The notes beneath the pieces were generated by a model that saw only the letters and a program-made list of their open reading frames with translations, was not told where the DNA came from and ran no database searches. 64,000 nt of DNA from Candidatus Helarchaeota archaeon. GTDB taxonomy: Archaea; Asgardarchaeota; Lokiarchaeia; Helarchaeales; RDOG01. The DNA lies in contig JAHPZH010000004.1 in NCBI GenBank assembly GCA_019058315.1, positions 160,001 through 224,000 of the forward strand, in the 5' to 3' direction. Position numbers and translations under genes: made by a program. Positions 20,163 to 30,492 of the stretch are shown here, in pieces. Position 1 is the stretch's first letter; the number at the start of each line of letters is the position of its first letter.

Positions 20163-20732
20163 TCAATTAGTCTTTTTGAGAAAATCTTTATTAATTGATA
20201 TTTCTACGGCGTATTCATGTCTTATTAAAGATTCTGCATTTTTTCTTGGAAGGATAGTTAAATCTTCCGGTTTGAATGGACCATATGTTTTTAAATCGGC
20301 ACCTACGATTGCGTTCATTTCTTTCAATATTCTAACAGGTATATATTGATGAAAAAAAACATTATAATTCTCTGATTTACTTCCTTGCGCCGATGATACA
20401 AATAGATCTAAACATTTTTTTACTGATTCTAGTGTTGTCTCATAAAGTCTACGCTCATCAGAAGTTAAAAAACTGATTTTTACTTTTTTTTCCATCTTAA
20501 TTGCTTTAAATAATTTGGTAATTCTTAATTCGAATAAATCTTTCAACATAAAATCAATATTATCTAATTCTTCTTTAATAAGTAATTTAATGACTCTATC
20601 CTCAGATTTATTTTCTAACTCTTTTCTAGCTTGCACATATCTCCTAACTTTTTCTAATATTTGGTCGTCTAATTTTTGAACTTCTTCTAAATGATTTTCG
20701 TCATGCCAAATCTTGTATAAAGATGAATACAT
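20163..20732 (-). CDS. GINS complex subunit (Gins51/15 type)
   Basis: Helical A domain followed by B domain IVGADLKTYGPF..EDL..LP..NA..LI; lies between priS and rpl44e. Confidence 0.9.
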   Translation of the reverse strand: MYSSLYKIWHDENHLEEVQKLDDQILEKVRRYVQARKELENKSEDRVIKLLIKEELDNIDFMLKDLFELRITKLFKAIKMEKKVKISFLTSDERRLYETTLESVKKCLDLFVSSAQGSKSENYNVFFHQYIPVRILKEMNAIVGADLKTYGPFKPEDLTILPRKNAESLIRHEYAVEISINKDFLKKTN

Positions 20733-20845
20733 AGGACGACCTTATTTGTATTTGTATATTATTATTTCCAACCTTTGTGTTTAATTATTCATTATCCCGG
20801 TATTTTTTATTTTTTGTTAGTATGATTTAATTAAAATAATTAATC

Positions 20846-22078
20846 TTAAGGTAAAGATGCGACACTCTTGCATAAAGCATAAATACCTGCAGCCAAAGAT
20901 AATTCTTCTTTTTCTCCCTCAGAATAAGGACCGTATAACGTATCTCCAAAACGAAATTCTGGACATTTTCTCATAATTAATTCAATCTCACCCTTAAATA
21001 CAATAGCGTCCTTTAAAGGATCGTAAGCTCTAAATTTTTCTATCGGTATTGGCTCTGCTTTAAGACCAGTTTTTCCATGGAGCGAATTATCGAGCCTAAT
21101 TAATCGATGAACATCTATTGAAACAGGAATGTCTAATTTTGGACTATATTTTTTAATTGCCAAATTTAATAATTCCTGCCAATGATCCAAAGAAATACCT
21201 GGTACAATATTCCAATTAGAAGGTACTTTAGTCAAATTTTCTAAAATTAGAGGTTTTTTTTCAATAATCTTTTTCTTTAAAGGAGTTGAAAGTGTTTTAA
21301 AAAGCTTCATATTTTCATAATTTAACTGTTCAATAAATTTAAATGCATAGTTAGTTATTCTTCCTCTCCAACCTTTATCATTTAAATTTGGTCCGAATAC
21401 AATTTTTTTTCTTCCCTCATATAAACCAAGGACTTTAAAATCAATTCCATTCCCAGTTAAATAATCAACTAATTCCCTACGGGCATCTTGCCCTAAATTC
21501 AAGAATTCTTCTGATTGAATTCTAATATGATATCCTCGATGTCCACTAAATTTTATTTTTATTTCATTTGGGTTTATATTTAAATCTGGAATTAGGAATT
21601 CTTCAAAAATTTTTAAAGTTTCATTTTTAGCTAATTCTAAACATGTATCACATACCCAAGTATTTTGATTAAATGTCGTATTTCCACATTTACAAGTTTT
21701 AGGTGGAGGACCCTTTCCAGAAAAGCCACATTTTTTGCAATTAAAAGAATCATGTTCCCATTTGCATTTTGAAGGCAAATGATCTGCATCAATATCTGCT
21801 ATGAAATCACAACCAACCCAATATTTCTGGTTCATTTTTAAAGCTTCAGGGATCTCATAATATGCAGCAGAAAAATATACATGCTTTGGACCATTATTCA
21901 ATAATTTTTGAGTTAATTCTTTAAAATCTTTAAAACTTTTATGTCTTTGAAAAGTAGGATTATCCCAAAATAGAAAACCAAACTCACGTTGGTCTATTTT
22001 CAAGTTTAAATCTAATTTTTTAAATTGATTTTTATAATATTCTTGAAACATACGTTTAAGGAATTTTTCTTTTTCCAT
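20846..22078 (-). CDS. priS: DNA primase small (catalytic) subunit with Zn-ribbon insertion
   Basis: REFGF, DIDAD, FSGHRGYH, DVHRLIRL..SLHGKTG. Confidence 0.95.
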   Translation of the reverse strand: MEKEKFLKRMFQEYYKNQFKKLDLNLKIDQREFGFLFWDNPTFQRHKSFKDFKELTQKLLNNGPKHVYFSAAYYEIPEALKMNQKYWVGCDFIADIDADHLPSKCKWEHDSFNCKKCGFSGKGPPPKTCKCGNTTFNQNTWVCDTCLELAKNETLKIFEEFLIPDLNINPNEIKIKFSGHRGYHIRIQSEEFLNLGQDARRELVDYLTGNGIDFKVLGLYEGRKKIVFGPNLNDKGWRGRITNYAFKFIEQLNYENMKLFKTLSTPLKKKIIEKKPLILENLTKVPSNWNIVPGISLDHWQELLNLAIKKYSPKLDIPVSIDVHRLIRLDNSLHGKTGLKAEPIPIEKFRAYDPLKDAIVFKGEIELIMRKCPEFRFGDTLYGPYSEGEKEELSLAAGIYALCKSVASLP

Positions 22079-22123
22079 TACTCATCCTCAAAGTTGTTTA
22101 TTCTATTAAAAAATAAATTAACT

Positions 22124-23233
22124 TCAATAGAAGTGTCTTTCATGTTTTTTCTTTGAAATAATTAACAAAGGAAAAGCTAAAATTCTGGGAATAATTACAT
22201 TTTGTATTTTCCAATTTTTTCTTTGAAAATATTCCATTGGGTGTTTTATTTTTTTTGTATGGCACCAAAAATCTTCTTCTTCCTTACATAATCCATAAGT
22301 CTTTATTTTTGGACAACCATAGGAAGAATATTTTGTTCCGCTTCCCCGTTCTCCAGCTGCGTGTTCAACATAATAAGTAGTTCTCCCCTCATTAAAATCC
22401 GGTTGAGTTCTGAATAAATCAACAATTTCTTCAATAGGTTTTTCTGTATTAAGGAGAAAAAATATAAAAACTAACCTTGAGGTATGATCTAAATTTACAC
22501 CTTTTTTTAATTCTGTTAAAATACCTGTTATACAAGGCGGATAAGTTTCTTTACTAGTTATTAATTTTCCTTTTAACCCCGATTGGATTTTTGATTCATA
22601 TTTTTGTGCAAATTGTTTTAAATTTTCTACTTTATCTTCTAAAAAAGTGGGAATTTTCGGGAGTTCTTTTTTCTTAATAGGCCTCTTAATAATATCTTGC
22701 TTAACTTTTTCTGAAATAAGCCTTACAATTTCTTGTTTCTTTAAATAGACCCAACCTGATTCAATCCTTCGATTTATTAATTTCCAAATAGAATCCCTAA
22801 GATTTGGTGCCACTGAGAGATAATTGTTAAATTTAATTCTACAGTCATATTGAATATTTAAATCTAAATCATCAACAGATAATTTCCAATCAAAGGTATT
22901 TATAGCAATATTACTTATTAAATTGAAGTTTTCCTTGGATAATAATTTTGAAGTCCTTTTAGATACGACATCTGCGAATTTATAGCGTAAAAAGTCGTTA
23001 TTGATAAGCTCAATTAACATTTTACTAATTGGATAGACTAAAACTTCTTCATTTTGATAGAGTTCTTTCTCGTTATATTCTCCTTTATCCAATATCATCT
23101 CGATATTTTCAACTGCTGTATTTAAAACATCCGGGTGTTGTTCTGATAAAGAAAATATATCTATTTCAAGGTTTTTGAGATTTTCAATTGCTTCCTTTGT
23201 AAAAGGATACTTTTTGAAGTATGAAATAGACAT
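22124..23233 (-). CDS. priL: DNA primase large subunit
   Basis: KYPF, YPPCI, PDFN..T.Y.VEH..G, Fe-S cluster cysteines, HPM.Y. Confidence 0.95.
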   Translation of the reverse strand: MSISYFKKYPFTKEAIENLKNLEIDIFSLSEQHPDVLNTAVENIEMILDKGEYNEKELYQNEEVLVYPISKMLIELINNDFLRYKFADVVSKRTSKLLSKENFNLISNIAINTFDWKLSVDDLDLNIQYDCRIKFNNYLSVAPNLRDSIWKLINRRIESGWVYLKKQEIVRLISEKVKQDIIKRPIKKKELPKIPTFLEDKVENLKQFAQKYESKIQSGLKGKLITSKETYPPCITGILTELKKGVNLDHTSRLVFIFFLLNTEKPIEEIVDLFRTQPDFNEGRTTYYVEHAAGERGSGTKYSSYGCPKIKTYGLCKEEEDFWCHTKKIKHPMEYFQRKNWKIQNVIIPRILAFPLLIISKKKHERHFY

Positions 23234-23319
23234 TTTCTCTCAATAAATTCATTTAAAATTTACAAATTTAAAGAACTATAGTGTCAATGACAATTGAAAA
23301 CTAAATGAAAAAAAAGGAT

Positions 23320-24138
23320 TTACATATCTTCTTCTGTGATTTCTTCTTCGATTTCTTCTTCAAATTCTTCTTCTTCCTCTTCCACCCTTGGAGCTAGAAA
23401 ATATTTTATAAAACCGTTTGCCTCTCCTATTTTTTTAAGTTTAAATAGCATTTGCATTGGCATTTCAGAGGAATATTCTAAAATAAGATTATCAGTAACG
23501 CTACCCACTTTTATTATACTTGTTAGATAGGATAAAGGATAGAGCGAACTAGAGCTTTCTTTTACTTCTAAAGTTAATGCTTCCCTTTCTCCAGGAATAT
23601 CTACTTCTACTTCTCCATTATCTCCTTTTGCAAAAATTGTAAATTTCTTTGTATCTGTGTCTAATTTTACATGATCACTAAATAATTCAGCGTCTTTTAT
23701 CGCTTCAGATAATAAATTTGGGTCATCTAAAATAATCTTCGCATTAAATTGCATTTTTGGAGATGGATATTCTTCTTCTTCTATATCTATTAAATTAAGA
23801 GAGAACGTTCTGGTAGATTTCCCTTTGAATTTCAGTTGTAATTTATTTCCTTTCTCAGTTAATTTCAAAGTTAATTCATCAGAACTTCCTACACGTTTCA
23901 ATAATTTATTTAGATTTGATATATTAACTCCAATTTTAACTTTACTATCACATTCATATTTGTCAAATACATCTTTTGGAAGAAAAAAATCAACCATTGA
24001 AACATGTGAAGGGTCCATAGCAATGATACCGAACCCATCTGGTTTCGCCATAAAATTTGCGGCTTCATCTATAATAGAAGTGAGCACATCTATTATACTT
24101 TTCAGAATCCCAACTTCTTTTAATATACATTCAAACAT
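23320..24138 (-). CDS. pcn: PCNA sliding clamp with long acidic tail
   Basis: AMDPSHVSMV and YFLAPRVE motifs. Confidence 0.97.
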   Translation of the reverse strand: MFECILKEVGILKSIIDVLTSIIDEAANFMAKPDGFGIIAMDPSHVSMVDFFLPKDVFDKYECDSKVKIGVNISNLNKLLKRVGSSDELTLKLTEKGNKLQLKFKGKSTRTFSLNLIDIEEEEYPSPKMQFNAKIILDDPNLLSEAIKDAELFSDHVKLDTDTKKFTIFAKGDNGEVEVDIPGEREALTLEVKESSSSLYPLSYLTSIIKVGSVTDNLILEYSSEMPMQMLFKLKKIGEANGFIKYFLAPRVEEEEEEFEEEIEEEITEEDM

Positions 24139-24249
24139 TTCTATCGCCTTATTTTATATAATTTCTATTAATTATGTGATTTAATTAATATTTTTTATCA
24201 TAAAACTACTAATCAATCAAAGAATTGTTTCATAATATAGCTATTCTTT

Positions 24250-24570
24250 TTAATTTGTAGATGATTTTCTTTTAATTTCAAGGACTTTTTGGTATAAATC
24301 TATGTTTAACTTATCCATGGGTTGTACGATCTCTGCATCAATTAAGAATTTATTATCAGCTTGTTTAGATACTTGACCAATAATTCTATACCTTTTTCTT
24401 TCTTCTAAAGGATATTCTATTTTAACAGTAATCACACCTGTCCCATCGTCGATTTTAGCAAATTCTGGAGTAGAACTGATGTTAACACCTAGAATTCGAA
24501 CCTTTTTATCATTTTCATTTATTTCATTTATTTTTTTTTCTATTGCTACTTGACGTCTTGGAGATTGCAT
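24250..24570 (-). CDS. Single OB-fold replication protein A small subunit (RPA14/Rpa3-like)
   Basis: RR..AIEKKI.EI...D..VRILG and IDDGTG; lies upstream of PCNA. Confidence 0.75.
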   Translation of the reverse strand: MQSPRRQVAIEKKINEINENDKKVRILGVNISSTPEFAKIDDGTGVITVKIEYPLEERKRYRIIGQVSKQADNKFLIDAEIVQPMDKLNIDLYQKVLEIKRKSSTN

Positions 24571-24728
24571 TTGAAATCACTATTATTTATCAAAAAGCTT
24601 TTTATTACTTTTTTTAAGAGAAGCTTTCATAAATTAGATAAACATTTTAATATTTAAAACACCATAAAATTAAAATTAAATTAAAAAACGCTGCATTTTA
24701 CCTTAATATTCATAAGTTAAAATAAGAT

Positions 24729-27410
24729 TTGATTTTAATGGAATCCGAAAATGATAATTTTCAATATGGGAATGGACATTTTGGAAAATGGTTTATAGAT
24801 TCATTTGAACTTCCTGCTTATGAATATTCTTGTATGCAATCCATCGATTATGCTGCTAAAACCAATACATCAGGAAAAGATTCAATTGATCATTGGCATC
24901 AAGTTGGAAATGATAGAATTACACTTACTGCACATAATGGGGGTTATATGCAGTATTTAAAATCTGATAGAGGATTACAATGGTTATCTTATCATGATTT
25001 ACAAAAAGATTGTCTTGGAGGAGGTATATGTATAATAGAGAAAGACGATAAGTATTATTCTGATTTATATAATTCTAACATTAAACCCCCTGAGACATAT
25101 CAAAGGATCTTTGGTTCTGGTTATTTTCAAAAGATTCGAAAATTTGATGATTTTGAGATTAATCATTTAATTTATCCTCCATTTGGAGATGATCCGGTTG
25201 TTTTATCTGAGATTTTTATAACTAATCATTCCAAAAAATCCTTAAAACTTAATATTTATGAATTTTGGGGAATTAAAATTCGAAATTTAATTGCATCTCT
25301 ATTTTCCATGCTTTATATGCCAAAAGATCGTGTAAAATTTGGAGTTTCTAAACTTGTCTCCTTTGTATTGAGAATAATTAAGAATCTTTTACTATTCTTC
25401 CATTTAAGCTCTGAACAGACAAGGGATAAATTTAGTAGCCAATTCACATTTAAGTCTCATTATATAAGCTCGGAAAAATGCCTTATTTTAACCCCAAAAT
25501 ATAAATCCAAAATTCCAATCAGAAAGGACAAGAGATCTGATAAAGATTATTATCCTAACCCAATTTTTCTAAAATCCTTTCAAAATGGATTAAAAACTAA
25601 ATATTTTAATGATTTTCAGATTCAAAGAGCAAATAAATCTCAAATCAAAATAAGAAAAGAATATATTGAAACAACTGATTTTTCTCCTTGTTTAATGATA
25701 GGACATGAGCTAATACTAGAACCAAATGAATCAAAAAGTTTGAAATTTATTTTTGGAACTGTAGAACGTGAGAAAATCCCCGAACTAATAAAAAAATATG
25801 AAAATTTATTAAAAAATGATTTTAAAGATAAGAATTTCAAATTATGGAAACAATTTTTGATGAATTTTAAGATTAATTCTAAAATATGGTTAAACAGAGA
25901 AACAATGTGGCATTCTTATTATTTAAGAAGTGCTAGCTTATTTGATAATTATTATAATAATCATTATTTACCACAAGGTAACGCTTATTCATTTTTACAT
26001 GGGGTAAATGGTGCAGTACGGGATTATGTTTTGTTTTTATTGTCGATGATCTACTTAAATCCCAACCTAGCAAGAGAAATGCTTGAATTCATATTAAGAA
26101 CAATGTCTCCTGATGGGAAACTCCCATATGCTACATATGGAATCGGAAGACATATGGGTGCATTTGTTCATGAAACATCCTCTGATCTACATCTTTTTTT
26201 ACTATGGGGTATTGTAGAATATCTCTATGCTACTCGAGATTTTACATTTTTAAAAAAAATAATCCCCTTTTATCCCCTTAAATCAAAAAAAAGTTCTAAT
26301 GTACTTGAAAGAATTAGAATTAGTGTAAAATTTATATTTAAAAAAGTAGGCATTGGTGAACATGGTCTTATTAAGGTAGGATCTGGTGATTGGTCTGATG
26401 GTATCTCATTATTTGCAAAAAATAGAAAAAAATTTCTAAAATACGGTGAATCTTCTTTCAACTCTGCATTTGCTCTTTATCTTATTCCCCACTTAACCGA
26501 TTTATTAGAGGATCAAAGCCCTAAAATTACAAAATTCTTAAAAAAAATATATAATAATTTAAAAAAGGCAATATTAAATACATGGAATGGAAGATGGTTT
26601 TTCCGTGGTTATGATGGAATGGGGAATCCAATTGGTGATAAAAATCTTTTTTTAGAACACCATGTTTGGCTACTTTTAACAGATATCTTATCAAAAAATC
26701 AGAAAGAAATTTTAATAAATAATATAAATAAATTACTCGATTCAAAGTCAAAAACTGGTCAGTATATTCTTTATCCACCAGCAAATGTTATGTTAAATGT
26801 TTTACCTCGAGGTTGGGATGTAAACGGAGGAATTTGGCCTGCTATGAATTTCTTATTAACATGGGCTTATTCTCGATACGATTCAGATAAGGGTTTTCAA
26901 TCTCTACTAAAAAATTCTATGGCTAAAAGAGCGGAAGTATATCCCAATATATGGTATGGAATCTGGAGTGGCTCAGATTCCTATAATGCAGAATATGCAT
27001 TAAATCCTGGTCAAACATTTATTCATCCAGCCACTCCCCAAACCGATTTTCCCATAATGAATTTGAATCTACATGCTAATTTTCTTAATTCTATTATTAA
27101 ACTGGTAGGTTTTAATCCGACTTTTAAACAAATTATTATTGATCCAAAACTTTCTTTGGATTCATTTCATTTAAAAACTCAAATTTTTGAGTTAACTTGT
27201 AATAATAATGAGATTTCAGGATTTTATAACCCTCTAAATGAGGATGAATGTATATTAAAAATTCGAAAACCATCTAATTGGAATGGAAATATTACAGTTT
27301 TGATAAATCAGCGAGCAACAGAAAATTTTAAGTTTGAGGGCGATTGGATTTTAATAAAAGATAAAATTCCCTATACAGGTATTAAATTCTCTTTAAAATT
27401 AAACATATAG
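24729..27410 (+). CDS. GH94-like glycoside phosphorylase/hydrolase
   Basis: N-terminal beta-sandwich with HQVGND..NGG; RD motif; GSGDWSDG catalytic-type motif; NGGIW. Confidence 0.75.
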   Translation: MILMESENDNFQYGNGHFGKWFIDSFELPAYEYSCMQSIDYAAKTNTSGKDSIDHWHQVGNDRITLTAHNGGYMQYLKSDRGLQWLSYHDLQKDCLGGGICIIEKDDKYYSDLYNSNIKPPETYQRIFGSGYFQKIRKFDDFEINHLIYPPFGDDPVVLSEIFITNHSKKSLKLNIYEFWGIKIRNLIASLFSMLYMPKDRVKFGVSKLVSFVLRIIKNLLLFFHLSSEQTRDKFSSQFTFKSHYISSEKCLILTPKYKSKIPIRKDKRSDKDYYPNPIFLKSFQNGLKTKYFNDFQIQRANKSQIKIRKEYIETTDFSPCLMIGHELILEPNESKSLKFIFGTVEREKIPELIKKYENLLKNDFKDKNFKLWKQFLMNFKINSKIWLNRETMWHSYYLRSASLFDNYYNNHYLPQGNAYSFLHGVNGAVRDYVLFLLSMIYLNPNLAREMLEFILRTMSPDGKLPYATYGIGRHMGAFVHETSSDLHLFLLWGIVEYLYATRDFTFLKKIIPFYPLKSKKSSNVLERIRISVKFIFKKVGIGEHGLIKVGSGDWSDGISLFAKNRKKFLKYGESSFNSAFALYLIPHLTDLLEDQSPKITKFLKKIYNNLKKAILNTWNGRWFFRGYDGMGNPIGDKNLFLEHHVWLLLTDILSKNQKEILINNINKLLDSKSKTGQYILYPPANVMLNVLPRGWDVNGGIWPAMNFLLTWAYSRYDSDKGFQSLLKNSMAKRAEVYPNIWYGIWSGSDSYNAEYALNPGQTFIHPATPQTDFPIMNLNLHANFLNSIIKLVGFNPTFKQIIIDPKLSLDSFHLKTQIFELTCNNNEISGFYNPLNEDECILKIRKPSNWNGNITVLINQRATENFKFEGDWILIKDKIPYTGIKFSLKLNI

Positions 27411-27439
27411 AAAAATAACTGTGCGAAAAACTTTTGGAA

Positions 27440-29317
27440 TTATAAATTTTCGGCAATACTCTTTCGATATTCAGGATACATTTCATTTAAGGATTTAATC
27501 ATCCTCTTTACATCATTAAAAGCATCAATCCGTTTTTTAAATTCATCTTTTTCAATAGCAAGACTAGCAAATTGTGCTTCTAATCTAATTTTACTACCAT
27601 CAATCTTCTCGATAAAGGTAATTGGATTCAATAAATATTTAGGATCTTCTAAAAATAATGTTGGAAGATCTTTTTGAGCAATAGTCATCTTTCTTGAAAG
27701 AGTAGATACTTGTCTATTAAATAATTTTAAGTCTTCTAATTCTTCAGTAATTTTTTCTAATGAATTAATAAATTTTCGAACAACATTGGCTATAGGATGG
27801 TTTTCATCTTTTATACCTGGAATTATTGGAACAAGATTTGCCCCTGAAATGGATTTTTTTGTGATTTTTGCTAATTCATTCAAAAGTTCATCTTTTTCTT
27901 TTTCCAATTCTTTTATAGTATTTAAAAAGAGCTCAAGTGAAGCGTTATATAGAGGTAATTCGCTTACTGTTGGCTCATGTGCCCAACCTTTATCTCTATA
28001 AAATTCAGTTATTAATTCTTCAGCTCTTTGTATTGTATCAGATTCTAGAGTCGAAATGCTTTCCTCTTGGGCTTTAAGCTTTAAGTATGGAAGTGAACTA
28101 TCTTTTTCAAACTCCTCAATGATTTCTTTTTTTCGTTCTATCAATTGTGTAGAATCAATAATATCAGATCTACTGAGTTCGGATATATTGATTCCTCCTT
28201 TCTCTATTACTTCTCTTTGATAATCCATGATCCATTCCCCTGGCTTAGTTTTAGTAAACATTGGAGTGATCTCATGGTTAATTTTTCTAACATACTCATC
28301 AAGGTGTTTTGCCATATCCTCTAATGTCACAGCGTATTCTTCCATTGTCGATTCATATTTTAATCGATTTGTCAGCATCGTTATTTTTGTGCCAGTACTG
28401 ATAGATCCACCAATTTTTTCAACTTCTATTCTAAGTTTTTCCATGTCTGCTTTTCCCATTATCGCTTGTAATGTAACTGATAGGAATGTAGCCAGTGCAT
28501 TGAAATTATCGAGAACATTTTGTGCAAGATTTCTAATATTTTCAGGTGTATTATCACCCATCAATTTTTTTTCATATATTATTGCCAAAGGATCGGCTCT
28601 TATAGATCCAAAATCAGTTTTTTCTGGAAAAAAATACCGATATATTTTTTCTTTTGAGTCTAGAATATTTTCATTCCCAATTTTCGCTTCTTCTAGAAGA
28701 TGTCTGATCATATCAGCGACAGTTCTGTAATCCTTTGATTTTTTTAATAATTCAGTAATTTCATCATGACCAATTTCTGTTATTGTTGTTAGAAAAGGTA
28801 GAAGTATTTCTAATTGTTTTTTGCATGCTTTAGGACTTTTTTCATCTTTAAATTGCCCAAAGAATACAGCTTCAATCGAAGGTCCAAAATCACTAGGCAA
28901 ATCCATAATAGAATCAGTACATGCATCCAAAAGCTTAAGACCGTCTTCTTTAAATAGGATACTTCGAATACCCTTCTCCGCAGCCTTAAGTCTCATGCTT
29001 TTTTCATGTTTGGCTTCAAAAAACATTTTTTGTTTTTTGTCTTTAATAAATTTCTTTATTTTTATTCTTAACATAGGTAATAAATCTGCAATTGGTTGAA
29101 ATGATCCACTCTGGGTATAATTAAGAATAACTTGCTCCATTCTTTCAATCAATTTTTCCCTAATTAACTTCTCATCCTTTGTAAAATCACTATTAAAATT
29201 ATCTATAAGACTTTTTAGGAACGATTTAATTTCTTTTATCCCTTTTTGCACATTAACAGCTTCATTACTTATATTAACTTTATCTACGAGTATCTTTATT
29301 TTTTGTAATCGTTCCAT
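27440..29317 (-). CDS. Large all-helical/coiled-coil protein of unknown function
   Basis: ~625-aa ORF rich in E/K/L heptads. ATG 29317 preferred over GTG 29371. Directly downstream of a small GTPase. Confidence 0.75.
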   Translation of the reverse strand: MERLQKIKILVDKVNISNEAVNVQKGIKEIKSFLKSLIDNFNSDFTKDEKLIREKLIERMEQVILNYTQSGSFQPIADLLPMLRIKIKKFIKDKKQKMFFEAKHEKSMRLKAAEKGIRSILFKEDGLKLLDACTDSIMDLPSDFGPSIEAVFFGQFKDEKSPKACKKQLEILLPFLTTITEIGHDEITELLKKSKDYRTVADMIRHLLEEAKIGNENILDSKEKIYRYFFPEKTDFGSIRADPLAIIYEKKLMGDNTPENIRNLAQNVLDNFNALATFLSVTLQAIMGKADMEKLRIEVEKIGGSISTGTKITMLTNRLKYESTMEEYAVTLEDMAKHLDEYVRKINHEITPMFTKTKPGEWIMDYQREVIEKGGINISELSRSDIIDSTQLIERKKEIIEEFEKDSSLPYLKLKAQEESISTLESDTIQRAEELITEFYRDKGWAHEPTVSELPLYNASLELFLNTIKELEKEKDELLNELAKITKKSISGANLVPIIPGIKDENHPIANVVRKFINSLEKITEELEDLKLFNRQVSTLSRKMTIAQKDLPTLFLEDPKYLLNPITFIEKIDGSKIRLEAQFASLAIEKDEFKKRIDAFNDVKRMIKSLNEMYPEYRKSIAENL

Positions 29318-29458
29318 ATTATTTGTTAATAATACAAATATAATATAGTTTGGGATCTCATCGTTTTTCACTTGAATAATAATAAAAAAGCAACAAATTA
29401 GTTGAAAAATTTAAAAATAGAAATTTATTGGAAATAATTTTTTTTATAAACTATTAAT

Positions 29459-29944
29459 TTACGAAAAAATTCTTGTTAATTGATTAAATAAGGCTCTTTT
29501 ATTGTCTTGATCAACTGCTACCATTCCAATTGTTTCTACACCGAAGTATCTCTCGATTTCCTTTGGATCCATAGCTCCGTCGGTGTCTTGCTTATTGGCA
29601 ATAGCAATAACTTTTGCTCCTTGATAATTCTTATATTTGTTTAGGATTTGTTTTGTTTTCTTCACGTTTTCGGTGGATGAATCTGTGACAACACAAATTA
29701 AGCTTGATCCTCGAAGAAATGAATCCCAGAGGAATTCAAATTGTTCTTGACCTGCAATATCCCAAAGACTTAATTGAAAATCATCTTTTAAAGAAGCGGT
29801 TCCAAAATCAAGACCAATAGTTGGATCATAAGAAGTATTTAGATTTTTCTTCCCACTTAATAATTTTACTAAAGTACTTTTTCCCACTCCAGGATAACCT
29901 ATTAAAGCTGTTTTTACTATTTTTCTCATGCTATCATGCTCCAT
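29459..29944 (-). CDS. Small Ras-superfamily GTPase (Arf/Rab-like)
   Basis: G1 GYPGVGKS, G2 PTIG, G3 WDIAGQ, G4 NKQD. Confidence 0.93.
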   Translation of the reverse strand: MEHDSMRKIVKTALIGYPGVGKSTLVKLLSGKKNLNTSYDPTIGLDFGTASLKDDFQLSLWDIAGQEQFEFLWDSFLRGSSLICVVTDSSTENVKKTKQILNKYKNYQGAKVIAIANKQDTDGAMDPKEIERYFGVETIGMVAVDQDNKRALFNQLTRIFS

Positions 29945-30105
29945 TAGCTATCGTTTTATAATAAAAAATGATCATATAATCATCAAGACCATCTATGTAT
30001 TACGTAGATCAATACAGTCAAGATAAATTTCAAAAAGACAAAAATTTATTATTCAAATTTTTTTTAATTTAAGAAAAAGATATTTAACGAATAGAAGGTT
30101 TTAAA

Positions 30106-30441
30106 TTGGAATTTTGTCCCGAATGCGAGTCTTTGATGCGCGTACATAAAATAAATGGAAAATCAGTTTTAAAATGTCGATGTGGATATATAAAAGAGAT
30201 GAATGAACAAGAAGATATAGCAACCACTTCTAAAGCAGTTAAATCCAAAACAAAATCCCAAAAAGGCGAGATTGAAGTAATAGACGATAGTGTAAATACA
30301 TTACCTACAAAAGTTGAGGAATGTCCAAAGTGTGGTAATAAAAAAGCGGTTTATTGGCAAGTACAAACTCGCAGTGGAGACGAAAGTATGACGACTTTTT
30401 TTCGTTGCACGAAATGTAGATACACTTGGCGTGAATATTAA
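30106..30441 (+). CDS. tfs: Transcription factor S (TFS)
   Basis: FCPEC...CRC and CPKC...QTRSGDE..T.F..C..C with intact acidic hairpin. Confidence 0.95.
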   Translation: MEFCPECESLMRVHKINGKSVLKCRCGYIKEMNEQEDIATTSKAVKSKTKSQKGEIEVIDDSVNTLPTKVEECPKCGNKKAVYWQVQTRSGDESMTTFFRCTKCRYTWREY

Positions 30442-30492
30442 TTTTAATGCTCCATAATTAGCTTTGTGTGTATTTTATTGAGTTTTTTTAAT

